From an uncultured Syntrophomonadaceae bacterium (GTDB taxonomy: Bacteria > Bacillota > Dethiobacteria > DTU022 > PWGO01), in NCBI GenBank assembly GCA_964402625.1, contig CAYODA010000004.1, positions 1-33,780 on the forward strand: DNA of 33,780 nucleotides, in the 5' to 3' direction. This document shows, in pieces, positions 8,414-16,969 of the stretch. The translations under genes and the position numbers were made by a program. The notes under the pieces are model-generated. The model saw only the letters and a program-made list of their open reading frames with translations. It had not been told where the DNA came from and did no database searches. Each line of letters starts with the position of its first letter. Within the stretch, counting starts at the first letter, position 1.

Positions 8414-8965
8414 ATGAAAGCAACGGGCATAGTTAGAAGAATAGATGATCTGGGCAGGGTGGTTATCCCCAAAGAGATACGCCGCACGCTGCGTATCCGG
8501 GAAGGCGATCCTTTGGAAATATTTGTTGACAGGGAAGGAGAAGTAATATTAAAGAAATACTCCCCCATAGGAGAACTGGGAGATTTTGCCCAGGAGTACG
8601 CCGATTCTCTCCACGAAGCTACGGGACATGTGGCATGTATTGCCGACAGGGACACGGTAATTGCCGTTTCCGGAGCTCCCAAGAAAGAATTTGCTAACCG
8701 TCCTTTAAGCCCGGCCATCGAAAAAGTAATGGAAGACAGGAAAAGCATGCTGGTAAATGACGCCCCTGAGCACCAGGTATACCAGGAAGATGAAGGAACG
8801 CTGGCCAAGTTTACCCACGAAGCCATAGCTCCTATTATCATGGAAGGCGACCCTATTGGCGCGGTACTGGTGGGGACCAGGAATCAAGAAAAGAGCATGG
8901 GTGAAATGGAACTAAAGCTGGTAGAAACAGCGGCCTTTTTCCTCTCGCGCCAGATGGAGCAGTAA
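8414..8965 (+). CDS. spoVT: Stage V sporulation protein T (AbrB-type N-terminal DNA-binding domain plus GAF domain)
   Basis: The N-terminus MKATGIVRRIDDLGRVVIPKEIRRTLRIREGDPLEIF is essentially the B. subtilis SpoVT sequence as I remember it, and the C-terminus ends ...RQMEQ. ATG 8414 is preferred because GGAGG at 8399-8403 lies 10 nt upstream. Confidence 0.93.
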   Translation: MKATGIVRRIDDLGRVVIPKEIRRTLRIREGDPLEIFVDREGEVILKKYSPIGELGDFAQEYADSLHEATGHVACIADRDTVIAVSGAPKKEFANRPLSPAIEKVMEDRKSMLVNDAPEHQVYQEDEGTLAKFTHEAIAPIIMEGDPIGAVLVGTRNQEKSMGEMELKLVETAAFFLSRQMEQ

Positions 8966-9137
8966 ATTTTTCCTGCAGGAACAAAAATCAAGGTAGAAAA
9001 AAGGTTCCGGGCCGGTCTACATAGAATAAATTACAAACGGCAGCCCGGAATACTATAACCGAATTATTTTTTATATAAAGTAACTACGTTTTTTGCGCTG
9101 CTAAAGCTCTGCTAGAATGCACGGGGGGAGCATGGGA

Positions 9138-10256
9138 ATGATAAGCAAAAAGGCTTTAAAAATATTAATAGATGGTTCACCGGCAGAGATCCCTGCAGGA
9201 ATAATGGTGTTGGAACCCTCCCAGGTTACCTGGATGAGGGGAAGCCAGGATATGGAAATAATTCTCTGTGGCCTCAAGAATCGCAGGGTAGCCCGGGAGG
9301 TAAAACGGAGTGCCTGCAGGTGGTACCCTGAAAAACACAGAATTCTTATTAAAAGCGGGAGTAGCTCCATGGTATGGGTGTCCCTGGAGCATTTGGACAG
9401 GCTCCAGGGGTATGGGACAAATACCAGTGCGTATTTTCCTCCGTCGTCGCACAGAACTCTGGGTGAACTGGAAGTGTTGATGGAAACGCTCAGGAGTAAA
9501 AACGGTTGTCCCTGGGATAGGAAGCAGAATCACCGTAGCCTCCGGCCTTACCTGATTGAAGAAGCTTACGAAGTTATAGAAGCGATAGAAAAGCAGGATT
9601 ATACTCTGTTAAAAGAGGAGCTGGGAGATCTGCTTCTCCAGGTGATTTTTCATGCTCAGCTTGCCGCAGAAAAAGATCGTTTTTATATTAGTGATGTTAT
9701 AGAAGGTGTAGTTACCAAGATAATTCGCCGGCATCCCCATGTTTTTGGACAAACCAGTGCTTCCTCGGTTAAAGAAGTGCTAAAAACCTGGGAAGAGATA
9801 AAAAATGATGAGGAAAAGGAAGAAGACAAAATCAACGGTAGCCCCCGGCAGCAACTTTTACGGGAAAAAGACACCCACCTTCCCGCCCTGATAAAAGCTT
9901 TAAAAACCCAGCAAAGGGCTGCCAAGTTAGGTTTTGATTGGGAGGATGACCAGGGTCCGGTGGACAAGTTAAGGGAAGAGCTAAAGGAGTTTGTTGATGC
10001 ATACTACGGGGGAGCAGGGGACACAATAGAAGAAGAATTAGGGGATTTTTTGTTTTCTGTTGTCAATTTTTCCAGACACATAGGAGCAAACCCCGAAATT
10101 TGCTTAAGCAGGGCGGTGGATAAATTTAATTGCAGATTCGCTTATGTAGAAGAAAAAGTTTACGAATCTGGGAAAGATTTTTCGTGCTATAACCTGGAAG
10201 AATTAGATCGATGGTGGGAAGAAGCCAAGAAAATTGTAGAAAAAAGCAACAAATAG
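9138..10256 (+). CDS. mazG: MazG-family NTP pyrophosphohydrolase (YabN-like), retaining only the distal half of the N-terminal methylase-like domain
   Basis: Two tandem MazG repeats (CPWDRKQNHRSL..LIEEAYEVIEAIE..ELGDLLLQV, and a second EELGDFLFSVVN). The start was moved to ATG 9138 for two reasons. An extended -10 (TGcTAGAAT, 9110-9118) overlaps the ORF-track ATG at 9117. GGGGAG (9125-9130) lies 7 nt before 9138. Confidence 0.85.
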   Translation: MISKKALKILIDGSPAEIPAGIMVLEPSQVTWMRGSQDMEIILCGLKNRRVAREVKRSACRWYPEKHRILIKSGSSSMVWVSLEHLDRLQGYGTNTSAYFPPSSHRTLGELEVLMETLRSKNGCPWDRKQNHRSLRPYLIEEAYEVIEAIEKQDYTLLKEELGDLLLQVIFHAQLAAEKDRFYISDVIEGVVTKIIRRHPHVFGQTSASSVKEVLKTWEEIKNDEEKEEDKINGSPRQQLLREKDTHLPALIKALKTQQRAAKLGFDWEDDQGPVDKLREELKEFVDAYYGGAGDTIEEELGDFLFSVVNFSRHIGANPEICLSRAVDKFNCRFAYVEEKVYESGKDFSCYNLEELDRWWEEAKKIVEKSNK

Positions 10257-10322
10257 CAGGAACTGCGGGCGTTCATATAGAAGATATGCTAACCAAGATG
10301 AAAATACATAAGGAGGGATATC

Positions 10323-10598
10323 GTGAATAAGTCTGAACTGGTGGGTAAAGTAGCTGATAAAGTTGACGACGTATCCAAAAAGGATACGGAGAAAGTGGTG
10401 AATGCAGTATTCGAGAGTGTTTCCGAGGCACTTGACAAGGGAGAAAAAGTTCAGATTATTGGGTTTGGAACATTTGAGGTGAGATCACGCAAGGCAAGGG
10501 AAGGCAGGAACCCTGCCACCGGAGAGGTCATCAAGATACCTGCTACCAATGTTCCCGTATTTAAGCCCGGCAAAGCACTTAAAGACAGGGTCAAGTAG
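10323..10598 (+). CDS. hup: DNA-binding protein HU
   Basis: 91 aa, GTG start with AAGGAGGGA RBS. HU/IHF signature GFGTFEVRSRKAREGRNPATGE. Confidence 0.93.
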   Translation: MNKSELVGKVADKVDDVSKKDTEKVVNAVFESVSEALDKGEKVQIIGFGTFEVRSRKAREGRNPATGEVIKIPATNVPVFKPGKALKDRVK

Positions 10599-10657
10599 AG
10601 AATTAAAAACGGGTTTATAATTTCTTTTTGAAAAAGCCAACCCCAAAAGTTTTCCAT

Positions 10658-10697
10658 AAAAGCTGACTCACTTTTATATTTTGAGTCAGCTTTTTTT
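10658..10697 (+). terminator. Intrinsic terminator after hup
   Basis: AGCTGACTCA (10661-10670) pairs perfectly with TGAGTCAGCT (10682-10691). A T7 run follows. Confidence 0.85.
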
Positions 10698-10873
10698 ATT
10701 GTTTTTTAACTGCTCAGAAAATAACTTTTATATTACTTTTTTCTTTATTCCTGACTTTGCAATCCAAAACTCGTGGGTTATAAAAAAATTTAACTTTTTA
10801 ACAACAAGAATAAGGGGGAGAGATAAGAGAAAAATTACAGGTAAACCTACACCATAGCAGGAGGTTCTGAAAA

Positions 10874-11860
10874 ATGTCGATGTGGAAGAAAGGATATGGT
10901 TTTGCCGTTGTTTTGTGGTTGGGCCTGGTTTTGGTTATGGCCGGGGGATGTGAAGAATTAGAAGAGGGAGCGGAAGAAGAAGCTGTACCGGAAGTTCCTC
11001 TGGAAGTGCCGGAGGAGGGCGAAGCGCCTACTATTGATGTCTATTTTCACGAGGAAGAAGAGGTACAGGAAATGGATTTTGAAGAGTACATCAGCGGAGT
11101 GGTTGCCGGGGAAATGGAGAATGATTGGCCGGAAGAAGCCCTGGCGGCACAGGCTATTATAGCCAGAAGTTTCACCCTGCAGCAAATAGATGAAGTAGAG
11201 GGTGTTCCCGATAGAGACGCCCATGCATCCACAGATGAAGAGGAGTTCCAGGCGTATAATGAAGACAACGTAAACGAAGCTATACAAAATGCAGTGGAAA
11301 ACACCCGGGGGCAGGTAGTGGTGAATGATGACAAATATATCCAGGGTTGGTTTCATGCCTTTGCCGGACCCAGAACGGCACTGGCCGATGAGGCGCTGGA
11401 CCACGAAGACGAAAACCCTCCATATATCCATATAGTGGATTCTCCCCAGGGGGTTGAAGAAGTAATACCCGATGAAGAAGCCACATGGAGTGCTGAATTT
11501 TCTTCGTCCGAGGTTCAGTCAGCGGTTGAAGAAGTTAATGGAGAAAACCCGGGTAACCTGGATGATGCGGAAATTGCTGAGGAAGGTCCTTCAGGGAGGG
11601 CTACACTGATTAAGCTTGGAGAAGCTGAAGTTTCGGCACCCGCTCTTCGCATGGCTTTGGACAGTACAGAAATGCGTTCTACGTACCTGGAAGAAATCAG
11701 CAGCGAAGAAGGTGGACTGAAAATGTCGGGGGAAGGTTTCGGGCACGGTGTAGGAATGTGCCAGTGGGGTGCCAAAACTCTGGCCCTGGATGGAAGTAAT
11801 CCAGAAGATATAGTTAATTATTACTACGACCAGGTAGAAGTGGTTAAAGTTTGGGAGTAA
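10874..11860 (+). CDS. spoIID: Stage II sporulation protein D (SpoIID/LytB domain), probable lipoprotein with an acidic linker
   Basis: SpoIID-domain motifs (EEYISGVVAGEM...EALAAQAIIARSF and GFGHGVGMCQWGA). Signal sequence ends in a lipobox-like MAGGC, followed by an E-rich stretch. Confidence 0.85.
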   Translation: MSMWKKGYGFAVVLWLGLVLVMAGGCEELEEGAEEEAVPEVPLEVPEEGEAPTIDVYFHEEEEVQEMDFEEYISGVVAGEMENDWPEEALAAQAIIARSFTLQQIDEVEGVPDRDAHASTDEEEFQAYNEDNVNEAIQNAVENTRGQVVVNDDKYIQGWFHAFAGPRTALADEALDHEDENPPYIHIVDSPQGVEEVIPDEEATWSAEFSSSEVQSAVEEVNGENPGNLDDAEIAEEGPSGRATLIKLGEAEVSAPALRMALDSTEMRSTYLEEISSEEGGLKMSGEGFGHGVGMCQWGAKTLALDGSNPEDIVNYYYDQVEVVKVWE

Positions 11861-11929
11861 GCAGGGAATCTTGTATGAATAAACCCACTATTGTTTTCGT
11901 AGTAATTTAGTAACAAAGGGGGAGGAGAA

Positions 11930-12220
11930 ATGGAGGATAAATACGCATCCCCGCACAACTACCATTACTTTACATTAGAAAACAGGGAGAAAATGGATGT
12001 TGTTGGGGTTATTAACGTGGAGAGTTTCGATAATGAAGAAATTATTATGGAGACGGAGCAGGGTTTACTTGCAGTTAAAGGAGAAAACCTGAACCTGGTG
12101 AACCTGAACCTGGACCAGGGTGAAGTAAAGATTACCGGATATGTGATGGAGCTGGCTTATTCGGAGCTAAAAAGTGGAACCGGGGCGAGAAAATCTCTAT
12201 TTGAAAAAATATTCAAGTAA
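11930..12220 (+). CDS. yabP: Sporulation protein YabP
   Basis: 96 aa with a pattern typical of YabP (VINVESFDNEEIIMETEQGLLAVKGENL). GGGGGAGGAG RBS. Followed by yabQ and divIC as in Bacillus. Confidence 0.85.
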   Translation: MEDKYASPHNYHYFTLENREKMDVVGVINVESFDNEEIIMETEQGLLAVKGENLNLVNLNLDQGEVKITGYVMELAYSELKSGTGARKSLFEKIFK

Positions 12221-12237
12221 AGCCCGGTGAGCTCAAT

Positions 12238-12675
12238 TTGATTTACTCACCGGCAGTGTATCAACTGGAAGTATTTGGAGAAGCCCTGGCCATGGGCCTG
12301 GCTTTGGGGATACTTATAGATGGTTACAGGGTTTTAAGGGGTTTGGTTGCCCCGCCGGTTAAAGTAACTCACCTGGTTGATTTTATTTTCTGGTGTGTAA
12401 TAACTGCAGTCTTTGTTACAGTATTAATGACCAGGTTCTGGGGGGAATTATACGCCTATTCTTACCTGGGATTGGCCCTGGGCTACCTTTTGTATTTTTA
12501 CCTGTTGGGCGATTATTTTGTGTTTTTTTGGAGTAAATTATTTGGTATTATTTTCAGGGCAGTAAATTTGTTTTTCAACCCTGCTTTAAAGGTCGTCGCT
12601 TACCTGGTGCAAAAAATTTCAATAATTATACGGCAGGTGGCAGGATTCTTTTTAAATTTAAAGAATACATCCTGA
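12238..12675 (+). CDS. yabQ: Spore cortex biosynthesis membrane protein YabQ-like
   Basis: 145-aa polytopic hydrophobic protein with a TTG start. The assignment rests mainly on the conserved position between yabP and divIC. Confidence 0.6.
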   Translation: MIYSPAVYQLEVFGEALAMGLALGILIDGYRVLRGLVAPPVKVTHLVDFIFWCVITAVFVTVLMTRFWGELYAYSYLGLALGYLLYFYLLGDYFVFFWSKLFGIIFRAVNLFFNPALKVVAYLVQKISIIIRQVAGFFLNLKNTS

Positions 12676-12716
12676 TACAAGTCCTTGTTAAGGGGCGAAA
12701 GCAAGAGGTGGTTGTG

Positions 12717-13034
12717 ATGCAAAAAAGAGGCAATGTATTGGCGCATCCTCGTAAAAACTACCGCCGCTGGAATAAAAGCAAGCTGGTAATGCTTTTGGGA
12801 GCTTGCCTGCTGGTATTTTTATTGTTTCTTTTTGGCCTTTATACCTACAAGATAAACGAGCTTCAAGCAGAGCAGGAATACTATCAGGAAAAAGAAAAAC
12901 AGTACCTGGAGAAAGGGGAGCAGCTGGAAAAAGAGGTAGAGAAGCTGCAGTGCGACGAATATATAGAAGACCTGGCGCGCCAAAAATTGGGTTTAATAAA
13001 GCCCGAAGAAAAAGTAATTTTACTTGAGGATTGA
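12717..13034 (+). CDS. divIC: Septum formation initiator (FtsB/DivIC family)
   Basis: Single TM helix, then a coiled coil (NELQAEQEYYQEKEKQYLEKGEQLEKEVEKL), then YIEDLARQKLGLIKPEE. ATG 12717 is preferred because the AGAGGTG RBS at 12704-12710 lies 6 nt upstream. Confidence 0.8.
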   Translation: MQKRGNVLAHPRKNYRRWNKSKLVMLLGACLLVFLLFLFGLYTYKINELQAEQEYYQEKEKQYLEKGEQLEKEVEKLQCDEYIEDLARQKLGLIKPEEKVILLED

Positions 13035-13097
13035 CCTGCGGGCCTAACTTAGATATAATACAATAAATTGAAATCTTCAAGGAGGAATTTTCTTAGT

Positions 13098-13511
13098 ATG
13101 TCGCTAAAAGTTGGCAGTATTGTGGAAGGAAAAGTCACCGGAATTACCAAGTTCGGTGCTTTTGTTCTACTTCCAGGAGGCGAAACCGGTCTGGTTCATA
13201 TATCAGAGGTAGCCAACACCTACGTAAAAGATATTAACGATTACCTGAGTATGAACGACTCGGTACAGGTAAAAATTCTTAATGTCGAAGATAATGGCAA
13301 AGTTGGCCTTTCCATTAAGCAGGCCCAGGAAAAAGAAAAACCTAAAGTTTCTAAAAACGGTCATGGTAAAAGAAAAGGCAATAACATGGGTATGTCTTTT
13401 GAGGACAAACTAAACCGTTTTATGAAAGAAAGTGATGAAAAACAGCAGGATCTCAAGAAGAACACGGAATCAAAGAGAGGTGGACGCTCGGCGGATCGCC
13501 AGGCTTTTTAA
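13098..13511 (+). CDS. yabR: S1 RNA-binding domain protein (YabR-like) with a Lys-rich tail
   Basis: S1 motif GSIVEGKVTGITKFGAFVLLPGGETGLVHISEV. ATG 13098 follows the AAGGAGGAA RBS. Synteny after divIC. Confidence 0.8.
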   Translation: MSLKVGSIVEGKVTGITKFGAFVLLPGGETGLVHISEVANTYVKDINDYLSMNDSVQVKILNVEDNGKVGLSIKQAQEKEKPKVSKNGHGKRKGNNMGMSFEDKLNRFMKESDEKQQDLKKNTESKRGGRSADRQAF

Positions 13512-13568
13512 AATAAACCGGTTGCGAATATATTTAATCAAGTTAACAATTTAAATCAATATATAAAA

Positions 13569-13598
13569 AGGTATCTGTTTTAACGGATGCCTCTTTTT
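13569..13598 (+). terminator. Intrinsic terminator after yabR
   Basis: 9-bp stem (13569-13577 / 13084-13092 offset corrected: 13584-13592, including 2 G-U pairs), 6-nt loop, then a T5 run (13594-13598). Confidence 0.6.
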
Positions 13599-13614
13599 AT
13601 TTTGGAGGATGATT

Positions 13615-14538
13615 ATGACTGAAAAAGAAGCGGTTATTGATATAGGAACCAACTCGGTGCGCCTGCTGATAGCCGATGTAAACGAGTGTGAAGTAATTTG
13701 TAGGGAACACTGGCTTAAGAGTACCCGGCTGGGTGAAGGAATGCGCTCCCGGGAACATAAACTCCAGGAAGCCCCTGTAACCAGGACGCTACAGGCAGTT
13801 AAAGAATTTAAAAACTTGAGCCTTCATAAGGGAGCCGGGAAGATAAGGGTGCTGGCTACCAGTGCAGTCCGGGAAGCAGTAAACAGGGAAGAGTTTGTGG
13901 AAAGGGCATACAGGGATGCCGGAGTGCAGGTAGAAGTGCTCTCCTGGCAAGACGAAGCCCAATACAGTTACCGCGGGGCAATAAACGCTTTAAGGGGTGA
14001 TTACCGGGAAGCAGGTTTTGTAGATATTGGAGGAGGTAGTACAGAGCTGGTATGGAAAAAAGGAGAAGACTTGTGCTGGAAAAGTTTTTCCGTAGGAGCG
14101 GTTAATCTGGCAGAAGCTTTTATGCATTGTGATCCTCCCCGGGACCGGGATATACATGAAATGGGAAAGCACCTGGAGACATCCCTGGAGGAGTGTTCCG
14201 AGATGGGTTACCGTAAAGCCCTGGTGGGAACCGGAGGGACCGTTACTACCATAGCTTCGGTAAAAAAGGAGCTGGATGAGTATCGGCCGCAGCTTATTCA
14301 CGAAACCATCATAAAACTGGAAGAGTTAAAAGAAATATTTAACAGGCTGGTGGAAATACCCCTGACAGATAGAAAAGCTATAAGGGGAATGGATTCCAAA
14401 AGAGCGGATATTATAATTCCCGGGGCTTTAATTGTAATAAAACTTATGGAAAAAATATCGGCCGGAGAACTGGTAGTTTCGGAAGGCGATTTGATGGCCG
14501 GGGCCCTGGCGGGGGAGCAACAAAGGATTTTAATTTAA
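13615..14538 (+). CDS. Ppx/GppA-family phosphatase (exopolyphosphatase-like, short form)
   Basis: ASKHA-fold N-terminus IDIGTNSVRLLIADV, plus DIGGGSTE and GTGGT motifs. ATG 13615 lies 6 nt after GGAGG (13604-13608). Confidence 0.8.
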   Translation: MTEKEAVIDIGTNSVRLLIADVNECEVICREHWLKSTRLGEGMRSREHKLQEAPVTRTLQAVKEFKNLSLHKGAGKIRVLATSAVREAVNREEFVERAYRDAGVQVEVLSWQDEAQYSYRGAINALRGDYREAGFVDIGGGSTELVWKKGEDLCWKSFSVGAVNLAEAFMHCDPPRDRDIHEMGKHLETSLEECSEMGYRKALVGTGGTVTTIASVKKELDEYRPQLIHETIIKLEELKEIFNRLVEIPLTDRKAIRGMDSKRADIIIPGALIVIKLMEKISAGELVVSEGDLMAGALAGEQQRILI

Positions 14539-14623
14539 GAGATAGATAAATGTTGGTTAATATTTCCGGGGTGGGCTTCATAGGATTTAACAGCAAAGCA
14601 AATTAAATTTCAGGAGCCCTTAT

Positions 14624-16555
14624 ATGCCGGGAGAAAATGCCAGAATAGCCCTTGTAGGTCCTCCCAACGTGGGAAAGAGCCTGCTTTTCAACCAGCTGTG
14701 CCACCGTTACGAAGTGGTTTCCAACTACCCGGGGACCACCGTGGAAATTGCCAGGGGACAGGCTCGCCTGGGCTCCCAATATGTAGAAGTAATCGACACC
14801 CCGGGCAGCTATTCGGTGAATGCAGTTACCGACGAGGAGAAATTAACTTGCAGGCTTCTCCTGCAGGAAAAAGTGGATTTAATTGTACAGGTAGCCGATG
14901 CCCGCAACCTGCCAAGGATGCTGCACCTGACCGCCGAACTGGTAGAAGCCGGTCTGTCAATGGTCCTGGTAGTTAATTTTATGGATGAAGCCAGGCGGGC
15001 CGGAATATACATAAATCCTGATGAGCTGTCAAAAAGACTGGGAATGCCGGTAATAACGGCATCCCTGGTTAATGGTTGCGGGGTTAATGAAGTATACAGG
15101 GAAATCCCAAGACAGCTGAATACAGTTAATACCCGCGTTAAATATGCCAGGCCGGTGTATCCTGCACCGGTAGAAAATTACTTGAAACAAGTTTCTTCCG
15201 TGCTAAAAACAAGATCCCATGCCGAAGTTTCCTCGCGATTTTTTGCCCTGCTGCTTTTAAACCCCGACCCCCGTTTTACTAAAGAACTCTTCCGTAGTCT
15301 TTTGAAGCCTGACCAAAGGGTAGGATACTCGTATAATGACTTGCAGCTTCTTGTTGCAGAATTACAGGCATCACGGCGCAAATGGGCGCAGCTAAAGATT
15401 AAAGGGTCTTATCGGGTTCCCGACCGGGAAAGCCCGGCCCTTATGGAAAAATTAAGCGAGTTAATGGTTAATCCCTGGACCGGCTCAATTATTTTATTCC
15501 TGGTACTCTATTTAGGTTTTTACCAGGTAGTGGGGGTTTGGAGTGCCGGCTACCTGGTGGATTACCTGGAAGGTTACTTGTTTGGGGAATTTTTTGTTCC
15601 CTTTCTTCAGGAAGTAGCCCGAAGCCATATTACGGCTTATTGGCTCCGGGAATTTATTGCTGGCCCTTACGGCATAATAAACCTGGGAATACGCTATACT
15701 TTTGCCATAATTCTTCCCCTGGTGTTTTCTTTTTTCCTGGTATTTAGCTTTATTGAAGACAGCGGCTACCTGCCCCGCATCTCCTACCTGTTTAATAACT
15801 GGCTGAACCGGGTGGGCCTGAACGGCAAAGCAGTGATCCCCCTGGCTCTGGGGTTGGGTTGTGGAACGCTGGCAGTACTGGTGACCCGGACTCTGGATAC
15901 ACGAAAGGAAAGGCTGCTTACTTCTTTTCTTCTTTCCCTGGCAGTTCCCTGTTCTGCGCAGCTGGCAGTAATAATGGGGCTCCTGGCCGGAGCCGGAAGG
16001 GCGCTGTGGATCTGGCTGCTGGTGGTATTCCTGGTAATAGTGATTACTTCTTACCTTGCTTCCATGTTAATGGGCGGGGAGCCTCCCGCGTTTTGCATGG
16101 AGATTCCCCCGCTGAGGCTTCCCCGCCTTTCTGCGGTTTTAAAGAAAACCCTGGCCCGCACCAGGTGGTACCTCAGAGAAATATTCCCCCTGTTTTTAAT
16201 AACCAGTGTTTTGATATGGGGAGCCCAAATGACGGGCCTGCTGGAGGTAGTAATAAACCTGTTTCAATACCCGCTTGCCGCGGTAGATCTTCCCCGGGAA
16301 GCAGCGGTTATCCTGGTTATGGGATTCGTGCGGCGGGATTACGGTGCCGCCGGGCTTTTTGAAATGGCTCAAGCCGGGGTTCTTTCTCTTTCGCAGATTT
16401 TGGTGGCGGGAATCCTTTTAACCCTCTTCCTCCCCTGTGTGGCCCAGTTTTTAGTTTTAATCAGGGAACAGGGAGCTTCGTTTGCCCTGCTGGTGGCAGT
16501 ATTAACTTCTGTTATCTCCTGGGGAACAGCCTGCCTGTTGTCCTTGCTCCTGTAA
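14624..16555 (+). CDS. feoB: Ferrous iron transporter FeoB
   Basis: N-terminal G-domain (VGPPNVGKSLLFN, DTPG) followed by a polytopic membrane domain. 643 aa. Confidence 0.93.
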   Translation: MPGENARIALVGPPNVGKSLLFNQLCHRYEVVSNYPGTTVEIARGQARLGSQYVEVIDTPGSYSVNAVTDEEKLTCRLLLQEKVDLIVQVADARNLPRMLHLTAELVEAGLSMVLVVNFMDEARRAGIYINPDELSKRLGMPVITASLVNGCGVNEVYREIPRQLNTVNTRVKYARPVYPAPVENYLKQVSSVLKTRSHAEVSSRFFALLLLNPDPRFTKELFRSLLKPDQRVGYSYNDLQLLVAELQASRRKWAQLKIKGSYRVPDRESPALMEKLSELMVNPWTGSIILFLVLYLGFYQVVGVWSAGYLVDYLEGYLFGEFFVPFLQEVARSHITAYWLREFIAGPYGIINLGIRYTFAIILPLVFSFFLVFSFIEDSGYLPRISYLFNNWLNRVGLNGKAVIPLALGLGCGTLAVLVTRTLDTRKERLLTSFLLSLAVPCSAQLAVIMGLLAGAGRALWIWLLVVFLVIVITSYLASMLMGGEPPAFCMEIPPLRLPRLSAVLKKTLARTRWYLREIFPLFLITSVLIWGAQMTGLLEVVINLFQYPLAAVDLPREAAVILVMGFVRRDYGAAGLFEMAQAGVLSLSQILVAGILLTLFLPCVAQFLVLIREQGASFALLVAVLTSVISWGTACLLSLLL

Positions 16556-16589
16556 TTGGTGATGTGCTAAAGGGAAAGGAAGTGAAATC

Positions 16590-16841
16590 TTGTCCGGCCG
16601 AAAAAGAGAAAAAGCAACTCGCCTGAGCGAGCTTTCTCCTGGGGATAATGCTACTGTGGTCTCTGTGGAGAAACTTTCCCCCCTGTGGGGGCACCGCCTC
16701 AGCTCCATGGGTATCTACCCCGGTGCCCGGGTACAGCTAAAGAGAAAATTTCCAGAGTTCCTGCTTCGAGTGGGATATACTCAAATCGCCATTAATTACA
16801 GGGTGGCCAGCCGGATAACAGTATGTAGATTGACGTTATGA
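16590..16841 (+). CDS. feoA: FeoA-family protein
   Basis: 83 aa with a TTG start. SH3-like FeoA pattern (LSELSPGDNATVVSV...LSSMGIYPGARVQLKRK). It lies downstream of feoB rather than upstream. Confidence 0.75.
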   Translation: MSGRKREKATRLSELSPGDNATVVSVEKLSPLWGHRLSSMGIYPGARVQLKRKFPEFLLRVGYTQIAINYRVASRITVCRLTL

Positions 16842-16871
16842 TCCTGAATATCAGTAAAAAGGGGGATTAAA

Positions 16872-16937
16872 TGTCGTAAAAAAAATTTTTAGTATCTACT
16901 TGTTATGACAGATTATACCATGGAAAATATGTATAAT
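16872..16937 (+). promoter_or_regulatory. Candidate Spo0A-dependent sigmaA promoter of spoIIE with a 21-nt spacer
   Basis: 0A-box-like TGTCGTA (16872-16878). -35-like ATGACA (16905-16910), 21-nt spacer, perfect TATAAT (16932-16937), 32 nt before the GTG start. Confidence 0.45.
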
Positions 16938-16969
16938 CAGGGTAAAGGTTTTCATAAGGGGGAGTTAAC

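Noticed and set aside
8414-10256. SpoVT (AbrB/MazE-like fold) next to a MazG protein, considered as a possible toxin-antitoxin-type pair
   Set aside because: SpoVT carries its GAF domain and is near-identical at the N-terminus to the sporulation regulator. The spoVT-yabN adjacency is conserved housekeeping synteny in spore-formers. No MazF-like toxin is present.
10700-10873. Looked for sigmaE/sigmaF/sigmaG-type sporulation promoters upstream of spoIID. I did the same upstream of spoVT, yabP and fin.
   Set aside because: Only partial matches were found, for example GGTAAAATAAT upstream of fin and GAATA...ATAAATA upstream of spoVT. The spacings and -35 elements were not convincing enough to report as features.
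14539-14623. Fur-box-like A/T-rich sequence (GATAGATAAATGTTGGTTAATATT) upstream of feoB
   Set aside because: It lacks the 7-1-7 / 19-bp palindromic symmetry of Fur boxes when read by eye. It needs a matrix scan before any claim.
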